IMG/VR virus record: IMGVR_UViG_3300045781_000130
Location: 1 to 57,897 of that record
Direction: 5' to 3' (one strand)
Source of the DNA: a virus
Lineage: Duplodnaviria > Caudoviricetes
DNA: 57,897 nt
The notes below the pieces were generated by a model, which was given only the letters and a program-made list of their open reading frames with translations, made no database searches and was not told the origin of the DNA. A program made the position numbers and the translations under genes. Each line of letters opens with the position of its first letter. Positions within the stretch are counted from its first letter, which is position 1. Below, piece by piece: positions 36,779-46,739 of the stretch.

Positions 36779-38316
36779 TCTCCTCCCTCCACAAAATCAC
36801 CCTTATTCGCAAGGATGAGAGTCCTCTTGGCCCTAGTCTCCGCCACATACCGGAGATTGTATTCCTGCTCAATCTGTCGGGTATCCCCAAGACTTGCTGC
36901 GCGTTGAGCAAACTTGGAAGGTATCCTCCAGGGGTCCAACACCACCACGGTCTCCCATTCCAGCCCTTTAGCCTTATGAATCGTGGAGAGTGTTACTCCA
37001 GTATCCTTAGCAAAGAGAGACTCCAGGGCACGCCGAAGGCTCCCAGCAGTATCCACAGAAGGATGCTCGAGTACAGCCAACAAACACTCGCCACGATCAG
37101 TAACTGCCGCGACTTTGGGTTCCTTCCCATTTGCTTGAGCAAGGCGAGTCTCTCTTGAAATCCATTCATCCACGAGTGCAAGGCAAGTCTCCCTTGGGGT
37201 TGAATCGTCTTTGATGATTTTTTTGGAGAGGGATACCAGGCCCTTGCCGATCTCTCTACCTCTCATGTGACAGCCTACTCCCGCCCGTATAAGTTTGAAG
37301 GCGAGGGAAAGGAGAGGCGCGTTGTTGCGGCAGAGGACTGCAGTGTGCCCCTTTGGGGTGGCCTCTTTCACAGCCTCCCAATCCCAGCTTGGGTCCTCCT
37401 CTTTCCACCAGGAAAGGATTTCCCCTTCGGGATTAGTGGCGAAGGCGTTATATCCTGGGGCATGTTCTTGCTGTCTCGCAACAATGGACTTCGCACAGCG
37501 GAAAGTTGTGGTAAGGGGAAGTTCCATCCACTCAGGGCGAAGGGCTTTGAGGGAGTCCATGGAGGAAGAGTCCGCGCCACGAAAGGCGTAGATTGCTTGT
37601 TTTCTGTCTCCCACGACGATGAGCCTGCCAGTCGGCCCGGCGCAGCGCTTGACCATAATGTGGTTGAGGGGGGAAAGGTCTTGGGCTTCGTCGACGAGGA
37701 TGAGAGAGAAACGGGGGAAGCTTCCGCCAAAAAGACAACTCATGTAAATCTGATCGTCGTAGTCGATCTTCCCTGCCATAGCGAGTTTGATGGACTGGCA
37801 AAGGACTGCCCGCGCGAGGTCAGGGTATTCGCACTCGGGGAAGAGCCCGGAGTTAAGCTCCTGCCAAGTCTCCGGGGTGTCGGGGACCAGGCCCTTTTGG
37901 AGAAAGATCGAGGGGACAAGACCGGCCTGGCGAGCGGAGTCAACAAGGGATTTAACGCTATTCCAGGCTTCAGTGGATAATCGGAGACCCTCGCCCTTCG
38001 CAAGGTCTGTGACGAGTTTTCCGACCTTCCTGTCATCCACCTCACACCTCTTGCCGATGGCTCCGCCCCATGCGGCATGGCCCAAACCATTCAGCGTTTT
38101 AATGGTAATATTTGCTGGGAATCTTGCCTCCAATTCTTTCTTGATTGCGACATTGAAAGCTAGGGCAAGCATGGGAGTCGGTGGAAGAGCTTTAGCTAAT
38201 AGCTCCAGTGTACTCGATTTCCCACAGCCTGCATAGGCGTTTATCATAATAGAAGTAGTGGTCTGCATCGCAGTATTTATTATAGCTTCTTGCTCTGCGG
38301 TGGGGGAGTGGGACAT
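36775..38316 (-). CDS. UvrD/Rep-like SF1 helicase
   Basis: AYAGCGKS, VDEAQD, VGDRKQAIYAFRGA, TIHKAKGLEW, YVAETRA. Confidence 0.9.
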   Translation of the reverse strand: MSHSPTAEQEAIINTAMQTTTSIMINAYAGCGKSSTLELLAKALPPTPMLALAFNVAIKKELEARFPANITIKTLNGLGHAAWGGAIGKRCEVDDRKVGKLVTDLAKGEGLRLSTEAWNSVKSLVDSARQAGLVPSIFLQKGLVPDTPETWQELNSGLFPECEYPDLARAVLCQSIKLAMAGKIDYDDQIYMSCLFGGSFPRFSLILVDEAQDLSPLNHIMVKRCAGPTGRLIVVGDRKQAIYAFRGADSSSMDSLKALRPEWMELPLTTTFRCAKSIVARQQEHAPGYNAFATNPEGEILSWWKEEDPSWDWEAVKEATPKGHTAVLCRNNAPLLSLAFKLIRAGVGCHMRGREIGKGLVSLSKKIIKDDSTPRETCLALVDEWISRETRLAQANGKEPKVAAVTDRGECLLAVLEHPSVDTAGSLRRALESLFAKDTGVTLSTIHKAKGLEWETVVVLDPWRIPSKFAQRAASLGDTRQIEQEYNLRYVAETRAKRTLILANKGDFVEGGE

Positions 38317-38476
38317 TGGGAGAGTTCCTCAGGTTAGGGCAGATAAAGGACAATAACGGTGAGCTGGAGCAGGAAGAAAATTCCAAGTCCAGCGAAAAAG
38401 CCCTGGGTGAAAGTAGGGGGATTCCAGCTGATCCAGTTTCCTACTAGGAAGGCTACGAAGAGAAGGAAGAAGATTT

Positions 38477-38746
38477 TCATGACTGGGACTCCAAAAGTAC
38501 TGCCGGATCAGTAGAAAATCCGTGAATACGGTCGAGGCGGAGGGTGCGGCGGGCTCCACCTTTGTCCACCATTGCTACGTGGATTACAAAGGTGATTTCG
38601 GTGTCAAAAACTCCTACTGGAGCTTTTCCTGGCTGGATAATAGCAAGAAAATCCCATTCAGGTGGCCAACTGTTATTAAATTCTCTTTTAATCTCTCGCC
38701 AAGCCCTTCTTCCTTTCCAGTTTGTGTAGTCTACGAAAAGTCTCAT
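38477..38746 (-). CDS. Stand-alone WYL-like domain protein
   Basis: YTNWKG....REI ... D...RRTLRLDRI. Confidence 0.55.
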   Translation of the reverse strand: MRLFVDYTNWKGRRAWREIKREFNNSWPPEWDFLAIIQPGKAPVGVFDTEITFVIHVAMVDKGGARRTLRLDRIHGFSTDPAVLLESQS

Positions 38747-39084
38747 GACTGGTCCTCCGGGAGCAGGGATTTCAAAAAGTCCACCTCATCCTGCGCGGCG
38801 CAGTGGAAGACGGAGAGGGGGGCGGAGAGGCTTTTCACGTCGCCTACTATCGCAGGGATTTCCTCCCAAGGAGTCTCCTTACAGTTCACATGGCCAGTTC
38901 TTTCATAAACTGGGCAACTAGTACAAAAGTCTTTGTCTTCATCAAGGAAATTCCGCTTTGTTGCCTCCTTACAAAGGGCGCAGGTGTCTCCCCAGATCTC
39001 GGCCTCGGAGATGTGGGTGATTTTGGTGTTGTCCTCCCACTTGGCGATGGAGGCGAGAAGGGCGGTGAGCATGGCAGGGGTCAT
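38743..39084 (-). CDS. Cys-rich hypothetical protein
   Basis: SIAKW, CALC, CTSCPV. Confidence 0.6.
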   Translation of the reverse strand: MTPAMLTALLASIAKWEDNTKITHISEAEIWGDTCALCKEATKRNFLDEDKDFCTSCPVYERTGHVNCKETPWEEIPAIVGDVKSLSAPLSVFHCAAQDEVDFLKSLLPEDQS

Positions 39085-39368
39085 TTCAACCTCCTAGTAA
39101 CCATTGTGTAGCCAAGGGCGCCCCAAACTGCCATTATGGTAGCATGTTGGGGGCGACGAGTACGTCCGTTGAACCAGCCGAGGAGAGTGCCCAGGGAACA
39201 CCCTGCTTCATCTGCCAGGACTTTGTAGGAGATTTTTCTTTTCTGGATCTCTGTGCGGAGATTGTCGATCTCCGGGTCTTTATCCACGAAGTTATAGGTC
39301 TTGTACCCGAAGGTTTTGAGATGGTTTACTGCCAAGGGACGAGACTTCCGCTCGATTACTTTTGTCAT
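39081..39368 (-). CDS. XRE-family HTH protein
   Basis: LADEAGCSLGTLLGWFNGRTRRPQ. Confidence 0.75.
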   Translation of the reverse strand: MTKVIERKSRPLAVNHLKTFGYKTYNFVDKDPEIDNLRTEIQKRKISYKVLADEAGCSLGTLLGWFNGRTRRPQHATIMAVWGALGYTMVTRRLK

Positions 39369-39432
39369 GTGAGGAAACTCCTTTGTAAGCGCCTCGGAAA
39401 GGGGAGGAGTGGGCCTCCCCTTAATGTGAAAC

Positions 39433-39846
39433 TTACTCTTCCTCCTTCGGGAGGTGGAACACCACCTGCGGTGCTCCCTTCATGTTGAAGGCAAGGATGC
39501 CGGGATAGGAAAGGACAAGCTCATCATCATCCCCTAAGTTTGCAATTGCGTCGTTGAGATCCTCCACAATGGCTGCGGCGAGAGCCTTGGGGATGTACCC
39601 CAGGTGCCAGGCTGGGGCGGTGAGAATGTCCTCAATCTCAAAGCCCATTCCAGCGGCTACCTCGGTGAGTGCCTCATGTTCGCTCGGGGGGATCTCTTTG
39701 GGCTCCACAAACACTGCGATGGCGTTGGAGTCGAACGGGTTGGAGGGCTCTGGGACGAGGGACAGGGCCGCGCCTGCGGGAAGGGAGGCGAGGATCGCTT
39801 TGGCTGGGGGACGAAAGTGGGCTCCGACGATGGGGTACTGGGACAT
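39433..39846 (-). CDS. HIRAN-domain protein
   Basis: IVGAHFR, LVPEPSNPFDSNAIAV, LGYIPK. Confidence 0.8.
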   Translation of the reverse strand: MSQYPIVGAHFRPPAKAILASLPAGAALSLVPEPSNPFDSNAIAVFVEPKEIPPSEHEALTEVAAGMGFEIEDILTAPAWHLGYIPKALAAAIVEDLNDAIANLGDDDELVLSYPGILAFNMKGAPQVVFHLPKEEE

Positions 39847-40091
39847 TAGTTTTTCTCCTTGCTAGTTTTGACTTCGTTTTCCAAGAGGTTGACAAGCAAC
39901 GTCATCTCGGTAATGATGTATTCTCCGAGAGCGATCATACGTTTGGGGATCTCAGTGGAGTCATCCTCCTCCTTTAGCTCGAGAAGTATCTCTCCGAGTT
40001 CCTTCATGTCTCGGCCGTTTTTCTCCGCGGCGCGGTAAGTGAGTTGGAGTCCCAGGCCTAAGAGGTTAATTAACATTTCAGTGTCATCCAT
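39846..40091 (-). CDS. Hypothetical protein
   Basis: TAATG overlap. Confidence 0.5.
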   Translation of the reverse strand: MDDTEMLINLLGLGLQLTYRAAEKNGRDMKELGEILLELKEEDDSTEIPKRMIALGEYIITEMTLLVNLLENEVKTSKEKN

Positions 40092-40096
40092 AGCAT

Positions 40097-40384
40097 TTAC
40101 CAGGTTTGTGCGTTGTTGCGGAGGAAGAAGTTAGCCAGGTCTTCGGGGAGAGGGTCGTCAGTGTCGTAGGTGGATGCAATCTCCTGTGCGATCTCTGCAG
40201 TCACGTCAGAGGAGGTACCCTTCGCAAGGTCCACCTCAATGATTTGTTTCACGGGACTAAATCGACATTCCTGGATATTTCTCTTGACTTCCTCTCGGGT
40301 GAGTTCTGAGACCGGGCTTTCGTAAATCCAGTCTACAGGTTCCTTGGTTGAGTACGGTCCTTCAATAATCACGAAGTAAAGCAT
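40097..40384 (-). CDS. Hypothetical protein
   Basis: RBS AGGAG; SSDVTAEIA motif. Confidence 0.6.
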   Translation of the reverse strand: MLYFVIIEGPYSTKEPVDWIYESPVSELTREEVKRNIQECRFSPVKQIIEVDLAKGTSSDVTAEIAQEIASTYDTDDPLPEDLANFFLRNNAQTW

Positions 40385-40490
40385 TTTTGCGACTCCTGTG
40401 TGTGTGGGGAGGAGGTAAGCAAAACCCTTCCTCCTCCCCTATCCCTTGGATTATCGGTTAGAGCAGGTATTCCACAGCGCAAGCACTTAC

Positions 40491-40895
40491 CTACTCATGC
40501 GATCCAGCTCCTCGGGAATTCTTGTAAGGGGATTTGCCTCCGACTTTGCCACCTTTGGAACCTGCGCGCTGGGCGAGGGAGGGGGAGGTGGAAAAGGTAC
40601 GTTTGGAGGAAGGAACATTGCGGCCGCCCTTAGCAGCGATTTCGCGCTGACGCTCAGGGGAAAGGGTGGCGAAGCCCTGCGCGCGGGAGAGTTCGGAGGG
40701 GAAGCACTCGAAAGGCCCAGGGTAATTAAGTGTTTTCTGAGCCTCTTTAGCTTCGACTTGAATGTAAGGATGAAAATTTCCTATCACTACTCCAGTGTAA
40801 GAACGGGGAGTTTTGTTAGGATAATAGAGCTGAAAATACTTCCTGAGACTGACTTTCATGCCGACAGGGAAGTGGGTGAGGGGTTTGGTTGTCAC
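40491..40895 (-). CDS. Protein with a C-terminal KGG (general stress) domain
   Basis: GFATLSPERQREIAAKGG..AQRAGSKGG; RBS AGGAG. Confidence 0.7.
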   Translation of the reverse strand: MTTKPLTHFPVGMKVSLRKYFQLYYPNKTPRSYTGVVIGNFHPYIQVEAKEAQKTLNYPGPFECFPSELSRAQGFATLSPERQREIAAKGGRNVPSSKRTFSTSPSLAQRAGSKGGKVGGKSPYKNSRGAGSHE

Positions 40896-40918
40896 ACGTT
40901 TGCTCCTTGTAAGGTGGG
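40893..40918. promoter_or_regulatory. 26-bp palindromic motif, copy 4 (overlaps an RBS and GTG start)
   Basis: CACACGTTTGCTCCTTGTAAGGTGGG. Confidence 0.8.
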
Positions 40919-41154
40919 TTGAGGTTATTGAATATCACCCTTGACCCAGGTGACTACAATGGAAATAATTTGCGCAGCAAGCGGCTGCTCGGCGTGGATA
41001 TGCCCAGCATATTCCGCAAGCAGATTGCACAGTGTTTTCAATTTTTGCTGCGTAAGATTTGGGACCGGATTGCTAGGCATTTGAGTGCTCCTTGTGGGTT
41101 GAGTTTTCAGAGATATGTCCCTGTACATGGGGGAGTAAGCCCCCATGGGCTGAG

Positions 41155-41391
41155 TCATATTACTGAGTGCCGAGGGTAATTTGCGATCCAGACCTCCAGA
41201 TCCGCGATAGCCTCTGCGTACTGGCCCCTAAGGTACACTACATGAGTCAGGCTGGTGGCTGTGCGAAGCATAGCAGTTGGGGTCCATCCACGCCCTGGGC
41301 GGATTTTGGTTCGGGAGTACAAACGAAGGCCGACTATGAGCGCACAGGCTTGGTAAAGCCGAGTTTTATCATAGACAAGAAGGGTTGACAT
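41155..41391 (-). CDS. Hypothetical protein
   Basis: Operon packing. Confidence 0.5.
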   Translation of the reverse strand: MSTLLVYDKTRLYQACALIVGLRLYSRTKIRPGRGWTPTAMLRTATSLTHVVYLRGQYAEAIADLEVWIANYPRHSVI

Positions 41392-41737
41392 TGGAAGGCT
41401 CCTTGGTTCCGTAGCGGGAGATCAGTCTTGCTTCTTCCTTGAAGTATCGGGAGATATAGAACCGGCCTTGCGGGGAGTCACAAAACTGGATCGCCCCTTT
41501 TGCTCCCCATCTTGCACGCTTTCCTGCATGGCGAGCTACCTGGTTCGCCTGGGCTAGCAAGTCACGCAGGACATAGGGAAATGTCGGATCGGCAGGGGAG
41601 AAGAAAGAGTCCCTGTACCAGTGGCCTTGAACATAGATTAGGATATTCCCATTGACCGGGTTTACCACAGTACTGGAAACCTCGTACTCCTGCCCGAGGG
41701 TCAGGAAAGGAACTGGTTTGATGAGTTTCCTTTTCAT
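41369..41737 (-). CDS. Hypothetical protein
   Basis: ATGA overlap. Confidence 0.5.
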   Translation of the reverse strand: MKRKLIKPVPFLTLGQEYEVSSTVVNPVNGNILIYVQGHWYRDSFFSPADPTFPYVLRDLLAQANQVARHAGKRARWGAKGAIQFCDSPQGRFYISRYFKEEARLISRYGTKEPSNVNPSCL

Positions 41738-42132
41738 AACCCTAACTCCGCTAAGAGGTCTTCAGCTTCCAGTCCACGAAGCCGTGAGGACTCGTTGAGT
41801 TCTTCCAGCCGTGCCTGAGCTTTCTCATCCTTCTCCATAGCCTCCAGCATGGCTTGGATCGGCCTGGCGGCGGTGACGATTTTTGCCTCCGCAGGTGCAC
41901 GGGTGCGCTCGAAGAGGATTTTGGAAAGCATTTTCATGGCAATTGCAGGGTCTTTGGAGAGAACCACTGAATGGGCTTTGTGGGAGCCATCGAGGGTGGG
42001 AAGGCCCAGGCGGACGGCGCCGGAGGAGTCGAGCCAAACATAGGCGGCGTTGGAGGGGATTGGCCAAGACTCTACAGGGCCGGGGATGGGGCGGAGCTTG
42101 GAGTGTGGAAGAGGCTCTTTGCGGTAGGCCAT
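41734..42132 (-). CDS. Hypothetical protein ending LAELGL
   Basis: Operon packing. Confidence 0.55.
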   Translation of the reverse strand: MAYRKEPLPHSKLRPIPGPVESWPIPSNAAYVWLDSSGAVRLGLPTLDGSHKAHSVVLSKDPAIAMKMLSKILFERTRAPAEAKIVTAARPIQAMLEAMEKDEKAQARLEELNESSRLRGLEAEDLLAELGL

Positions 42133-42137
42133 ATGAG

Positions 42138-42449
42138 TTACCCTGCGTTAAAGGAGTAAAGGACAATACCGATCGGGCAGGTGGAAGAGGCGGTGCCGAT
42201 GTGCTGGACTTCGACCTGGGAAATCCTCTCTGCCCAACACGCTGCATAGTAACCATGAAAATCTCCTTTCTCATCAGCATTGCCATGCCCAGATGGATGC
42301 CACTTTTTTGCCTCCACCTCATCTTTCGCGCAGACAATTGCAGAGTCGTAAGTGTCGTAATCTGTGTTACCAGATTGGGAGATTTTGAAGAGTTTCATGA
42401 CCTGGTCTCCTTGATTAAGTCCTGAATGATGGGGAGGAAAACTCCCCAC
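42138..42449 (-). CDS. Common small phage protein
   Basis: YDTYDSAIVCA..EA..HP..SFNAG. Confidence 0.65.
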   Translation of the reverse strand: MGSFPPHHSGLNQGDQVMKLFKISQSGNTDYDTYDSAIVCAKDEVEAKKWHPSGHGNADEKGDFHGYYAACWAERISQVEVQHIGTASSTCPIGIVLYSFNAG

Positions 42450-42504
42450 TTTTAAGACTCAAGGCTTGGTTCATATTAATCTCCTGGACTCATCAGCATG
42501 GGCT

Positions 42505-42855
42505 TTACCCATGAACGGGGAGGTTCCCCGTTTCGTCCTTACAGGGGCTGGTAGGGTTCGGTCGAGTCGGAAAAAGCCAGGTGATATATTGTGGTGTCAG
42601 GGAGGCTGCCATTAATTGTGCCTTTGCCCAGCGGCGTTCAGCTTCGCGGACAATTCTCCTTTCGGAGATTTTGCGCCCTTCGCATTTTTTTCTAACTTCG
42701 GCCAGGAATATGGGAAACATTGGGAGGTTCCTATTGGTTGTTCGAGGTGAATCTTTTATCCCAGCCGATTGCCTCTTCCTTGGAGGCCCAAGGTCCACAG
42801 GTAGGAAGTCCGTCCTTGCAGATATACCATCCTGAAAGGCTCTCATCTTCTTCAA
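42505..42855 (-). CDS. Hypothetical protein
   Basis: Lies downstream of a strong promoter. Confidence 0.35.
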   Translation of the reverse strand: MKKMRAFQDGISARTDFLPVDLGPPRKRQSAGIKDSPRTTNRNLPMFPIFLAEVRKKCEGRKISERRIVREAERRWAKAQLMAASLTPQYITWLFPTRPNPTSPCKDETGNLPVHG

Positions 42856-42932
42856 GAAAGTACTGGTAGGTTTTCATGGGAGGTTCCTGTTGATGATCGG
42901 GCGGCGCGGGTTAGGGGTTCCACCGTCCGGTC

Positions 42933-42960
42933 ATTATAAAGGCGTGTGGGTCGGTGTCAA
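42933..42960 (-). promoter_or_regulatory. Strong sigma70-like early promoter
   Basis: TTGACA-16-TATAAT. Confidence 0.75.
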
Positions 42961-43099
42961 TGGCTAAGGTTGACGTGTGACGGGTTTATTTTTTCGCCCG
43001 CCCGCGTGGGTTGGCACGGTTCTTGCTACGCTAATTTTTCCTCTTGACAAGTGAGCGGAAAAATGCAACGCGCGTGCGCCAGCGCGCGTTCCTTTTACA

Positions 43100-43288
43100 C
43101 TAGGTCTTAATCGACCCATACCTCCCTTCACCTGGATGGTGTTTTTCCCAGTGTTCAATTGCATGACAGTTTGAGCATACTAAAATACATTTAAATAATG
43201 TTTTCTCTAATCCTTTCCTAAAGATTGCCCAGTCTTTAGAGGTTTTTGTTTGTTCGTGGCCCTTGTCCAATTCATCGAAGTAACTCAT
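43100..43288 (-). CDS. HNH-like fragment
   Basis: KCILVCSNCHAIEH; the N-terminal half of an HNH domain is not seen. Confidence 0.45.
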   Translation of the reverse strand: MSYFDELDKGHEQTKTSKDWAIFRKGLEKTLFKCILVCSNCHAIEHWEKHHPGEGRYGSIKT

Positions 43289-43788
43289 TCTATCTCTCCT
43301 ATCCCCGATAACCCCACATCTTCCCAGCTGGGAACAAAGAAACTTTCCTCGGAGTAGTAAGGGTTTGGCTGGGTAAGGCCCAGGCGACCTAGGAGGCCCA
43401 GGCGGGGGATACGAGGGAGGGGGGAATAGCGGAGGCCCAGGGTTTTGAAAAGCTCCGGCAAGGCATCTCTGCGGTAGCAGGTTCGTTCCTCCCCAAGCGG
43501 GAGAACCAGGAAGGAGTCTAAGAAGGTGACAGGGCAAAGGAAGACTCCGCCGGTAAAAGCTCCGCTCTTGAGGATCGCTGGGACTAACTTCGTGGGAGGG
43601 AGATCACACCCAGGGCTCACGCAGACATCATGGCCGGCTGGTGGGGGATCGCCTTGGACCCAGGAGGTCACAATATGACCGGATTGTGTCTCCCAGATGT
43701 GGGGGAAGAGTGGGGACCAGCCCAGGCTAGTGGCGTAGTCCCTGGCTGCCCAACGGGAGGGGGAAAGAAGGACTGCGGAGAGGGTCAT
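43285..43788 (-). CDS. Hypothetical protein
   Basis: Operon packing. Confidence 0.45.
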   Translation of the reverse strand: MTLSAVLLSPSRWAARDYATSLGWSPLFPHIWETQSGHIVTSWVQGDPPPAGHDVCVSPGCDLPPTKLVPAILKSGAFTGGVFLCPVTFLDSFLVLPLGEERTCYRRDALPELFKTLGLRYSPLPRIPRLGLLGRLGLTQPNPYYSEESFFVPSWEDVGLSGIGEIE

Positions 43789-43804
43789 GGGGAGGTTCCT
43801 TGGG

Positions 43805-44134
43805 TTAATAAACTCTACGAGAGTGCTTCGACACCACGTCCCAGCGTTTGTAGATCTCCTCCACAGGTTCACCAGACTCCTGGGCCTCGCGTCGGGCCAG
43901 GGAGCGTAAGTAGCCCTTTCGATGGGACTCGGAGGAGATTATGATTTTTCCTGAGGCTCTTTTCTCCTCCGTGCGAATTTGCGCTTTTTCTCTTCTCGCT
44001 TGGGCCTTGGCCTTATCACACCAGTAAGTGATGGTAGTAGTAGGGCGGAGAAGGAGTTGTCCAATGTCCACGTAGGGAACTCCGAAGGCATGGAGCACCC
44101 TCGCGATGGTTTTTTCTTCCGGGGTAGCGCTCAC
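43805..44134 (-). CDS. HTH-like protein
   Basis: LHAFGVPYVDIGQLL.RPTTTITYW. Confidence 0.5.
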   Translation of the reverse strand: MSATPEEKTIARVLHAFGVPYVDIGQLLLRPTTTITYWCDKAKAQARREKAQIRTEEKRASGKIIISSESHRKGYLRSLARREAQESGEPVEEIYKRWDVVSKHSRRVY

Positions 44135-44535
44135 TTCCCCCTCCGAAGATTGTAAGATTCCTGCTCTTCCTTGCGGAGACTGCGAAGAAGGTCCTCCCAG
44201 CCGGAGGTCCTTGGGGCCTCCTCAAGATCCCTTGAGGTATCCCCTGTTTGGTCGATTGCGAGAATGGCCCAGCGAGCATTCTCGATGATGCGAAGCAGGG
44301 CTCCAATTACCTGGAGAGGGGTTGGTGCAGGGACCAGGGGCTTCGCGAGGCTTTTTCCGGTCCCCTGGGGATTGGCCCATCCGGTCCCCTGCGCTCTTTC
44401 ATATTCCTCCTCGATAGGAAGTTTCGGGAGGTAGGTACAGATTCCTGCTTGGGCGGCGTCGTCATGGCGGCGGCGGGCGGAGGCTGCGCGGCGGCGAAGG
44501 GAGTCTAGGTACTGGGAAGTTATGGAAAAGGTCAT
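44131..44535 (-). CDS. Hypothetical protein
   Basis: Start/stop overlaps with both neighbours. Confidence 0.5.
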   Translation of the reverse strand: MTFSITSQYLDSLRRRAASARRRHDDAAQAGICTYLPKLPIEEEYERAQGTGWANPQGTGKSLAKPLVPAPTPLQVIGALLRIIENARWAILAIDQTGDTSRDLEEAPRTSGWEDLLRSLRKEEQESYNLRRGK

Positions 44536-44939
44536 TTTGGATTCCTTAGTCTTTGTTCTAGTTCTACCATTTGAGTTTTAACTCTTTCATCTTCTCGTTG
44601 ATTGTCTTCTGGAGAGCCAAAAGCTTTCGCCGCAGACCTAAGCATCATTATCTGAGCTTCGTAGTTTCTCACAATCTCCTCGAAGAGTTCTCTGAGTTCT
44701 CTAGATTCTAAAGCTCTTCGCATAACATCAATGTTGTTCATTGCTTGGTACTCCTGGCAGCCCCTTCGAGACCTCGGGGGCGCGGTGGAAGTCCTGGCAC
44801 CGGAACCTGGAGTCCGTGAGAGTGGTGACCTGGGTGGAGGCAGGGTTAGAGCATTCTCCGTGGCAGGGTCCAGCCTTGGACCAGTGCTCGCAGGTCTCAC
44901 AACAGTTTGGCGGCCATTGCAGCCAGGATGGGAGGGGAG

Positions 44940-46025
44940 TCATTGTGGGAGTCCTTTTAGGGTGTTTAAGAGTGTGTAAAGCAAGGTAAGCTCTTCTTCC
45001 CAGTCTGCCCATTTAGGGTTATTTTGATTAGCTTTGAAGCAGTTATGGATCATAATAGTCCTCCTCACAAGTTCGCTCTCAAGATTTGTAGGAATCTCGT
45101 CTAGCCTCGTCGTTGGGGGAGGTTTTATTTCTTGCCCGCTCCATGTAAACATTTTCTCCCACATGCGGGTAATTAAACTCTCCTCCTTATGATAAGGGCT
45201 GAGAGCTGGTTTTGGGGGGCGGAGACCTTCGATTGCAGTCCAAAGTTCAATGCAGAGTGTTAGATGTTGTGTGGCAGGTCTCCCCGCCTTGTCTGTGGAA
45301 TATAACAAAGCTAGCTCCTGGTCATATTTGTCTTGGAGTTCTTTGCGGGTTTTTTTGGGAAAGCTTTTGTAAAGGTCTTTCGGAAACTCTCCTTCCTGGC
45401 CGAGTTTTGTCCAGTATTTTTGTAAGGTTTTCTGCTGTTCTTCTCCATCCCAAGGGTTGGGGTCGAAGCTTAGCCCCGCCCCTGCCACAAATTCCAAAGG
45501 AGTTCCTTTGATTGAGTTTCGTTCAAGGAAGTTCCAGAATTGTTCCGCAGTCCTTGCTCGGTCAAAAGCAACAGAGTGGTCTTTCTCTCCTTCTTTGAGA
45601 CAGACTAGAAGAAATTTCTTTGCATCGTTGGCTTGGCCTGGTGGCATTTGCTTGTTGTGATAGTTGAAAGTTTGCTCTGTTGGGGCGAAGCCTGGGTTTT
45701 TAGCTACTAAAAAATCCCAGCCGAGTTGCTTTACTTTCACAATTTTTGCCAGCAGTGCTCCCTTCTCCTCCTCCCAAAGGTCTTTCTTTTCTGCACAGAG
45801 AAATTTTGCGATTGCGTAGGCCCTGGCAAGATGTGTAAAGGCTTGGAGTCTTTCACATTTGAGGAGTTCTTGTTTATACAATTCCTCTTCTTTCAGCATC
45901 TCATCTTTTGTGCCTTCGCAGGGAGCGGCCTCAGGCAAGTCTTTGTATCCCTCCTTACGGAGGCTTTCCCTCAGTGCTATGTAGTGAGTTTCGTAGTTCA
46001 CTATCCTTATCTGTGGCATCACCAT
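44940..46025 (-). CDS. Hypothetical Lys/Glu-rich protein (361 aa)
   Basis: Long AT-rich ORF; no motif recognised. Confidence 0.65.
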   Translation of the reverse strand: MVMPQIRIVNYETHYIALRESLRKEGYKDLPEAAPCEGTKDEMLKEEELYKQELLKCERLQAFTHLARAYAIAKFLCAEKKDLWEEEKGALLAKIVKVKQLGWDFLVAKNPGFAPTEQTFNYHNKQMPPGQANDAKKFLLVCLKEGEKDHSVAFDRARTAEQFWNFLERNSIKGTPLEFVAGAGLSFDPNPWDGEEQQKTLQKYWTKLGQEGEFPKDLYKSFPKKTRKELQDKYDQELALLYSTDKAGRPATQHLTLCIELWTAIEGLRPPKPALSPYHKEESLITRMWEKMFTWSGQEIKPPPTTRLDEIPTNLESELVRRTIMIHNCFKANQNNPKWADWEEELTLLYTLLNTLKGLPQ

Positions 46026-46435
46026 TCTCCCAAGTCAAGATTCCCTATTTCCGGGAGTTCCTTGTAGATCCCCGGAGTCTCATCTGTCGCCCTGCGGTGC
46101 GTTGCTGGATGCTTGAGGTTGTAAGGTCTCGGGGCGGCGATGGCTGAGAGTTCTTCCGAAGGTTCCTCTCCCCGCGCTTCTGCTCGCTTCGCTGCCATAC
46201 GGAGTTTCGAGTATTTATTCCTATGTTTTGTGAATTTATAATGCAAGGCCTCGGCTGTAAGGGTTTCCGCGTGACAGGGCTCCTCATACAATCCTTCTAG
46301 CTCCTCCAAGAGTTGCCCGAGTTGCATCTCCCCGGTCCGGACCTTTTTAAGCCCCGCCTCGATGGTTCTCCAGAGGGCCTGGTAGTGCTGACCGGCCTGG
46401 GTGATTTTGTGCACTCTCTCTTGTGTTATTGCCAT
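46019..46435 (-). CDS. Hypothetical protein
   Basis: First gene after the non-coding region. Confidence 0.55.
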   Translation of the reverse strand: MAITQERVHKITQAGQHYQALWRTIEAGLKKVRTGEMQLGQLLEELEGLYEEPCHAETLTAEALHYKFTKHRNKYSKLRMAAKRAEARGEEPSEELSAIAAPRPYNLKHPATHRRATDETPGIYKELPEIGNLDLGEW

Positions 46436-46646
46436 GAGGAGGGGTTCCTTTTTGTTGGCGCGCTAGTGTGCTGGCGCGCTTTGTTGTGGTTTAGGGTGGA
46501 TGTATTAACAAACATTCCCCCTATACTATGTGGTGGTGATGTTTTGTGCAATGTACGTTTGTTGTTTTCATGGGTTTTGAGGGGAGTTTTAATGGGACGT
46601 GTGTCCCTACCTCGCCTTCCTTGCGAGGGTTGTCCCCCAGAATCTC

Positions 46647-46670
46647 AAAAAAAAAAAAAAAAAAAAAAAA
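46647..46670 (+). repeat. A24 homopolymer tract
   Basis: Read directly. Confidence 0.95.
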
Positions 46671-46713
46671 GTAAGTAGTTAAAAATGGAAGAGCTGTGGG
46701 ACTTCCACTGGAA

Positions 46714-46739
46714 CCCACGTTTGCAACGTGTAAGGTGGG
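46714..46739. promoter_or_regulatory. 26-bp palindromic motif, copy 5
   Basis: CCCACGTTTGCAACGTGTAAGGTGGG. Confidence 0.85.
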
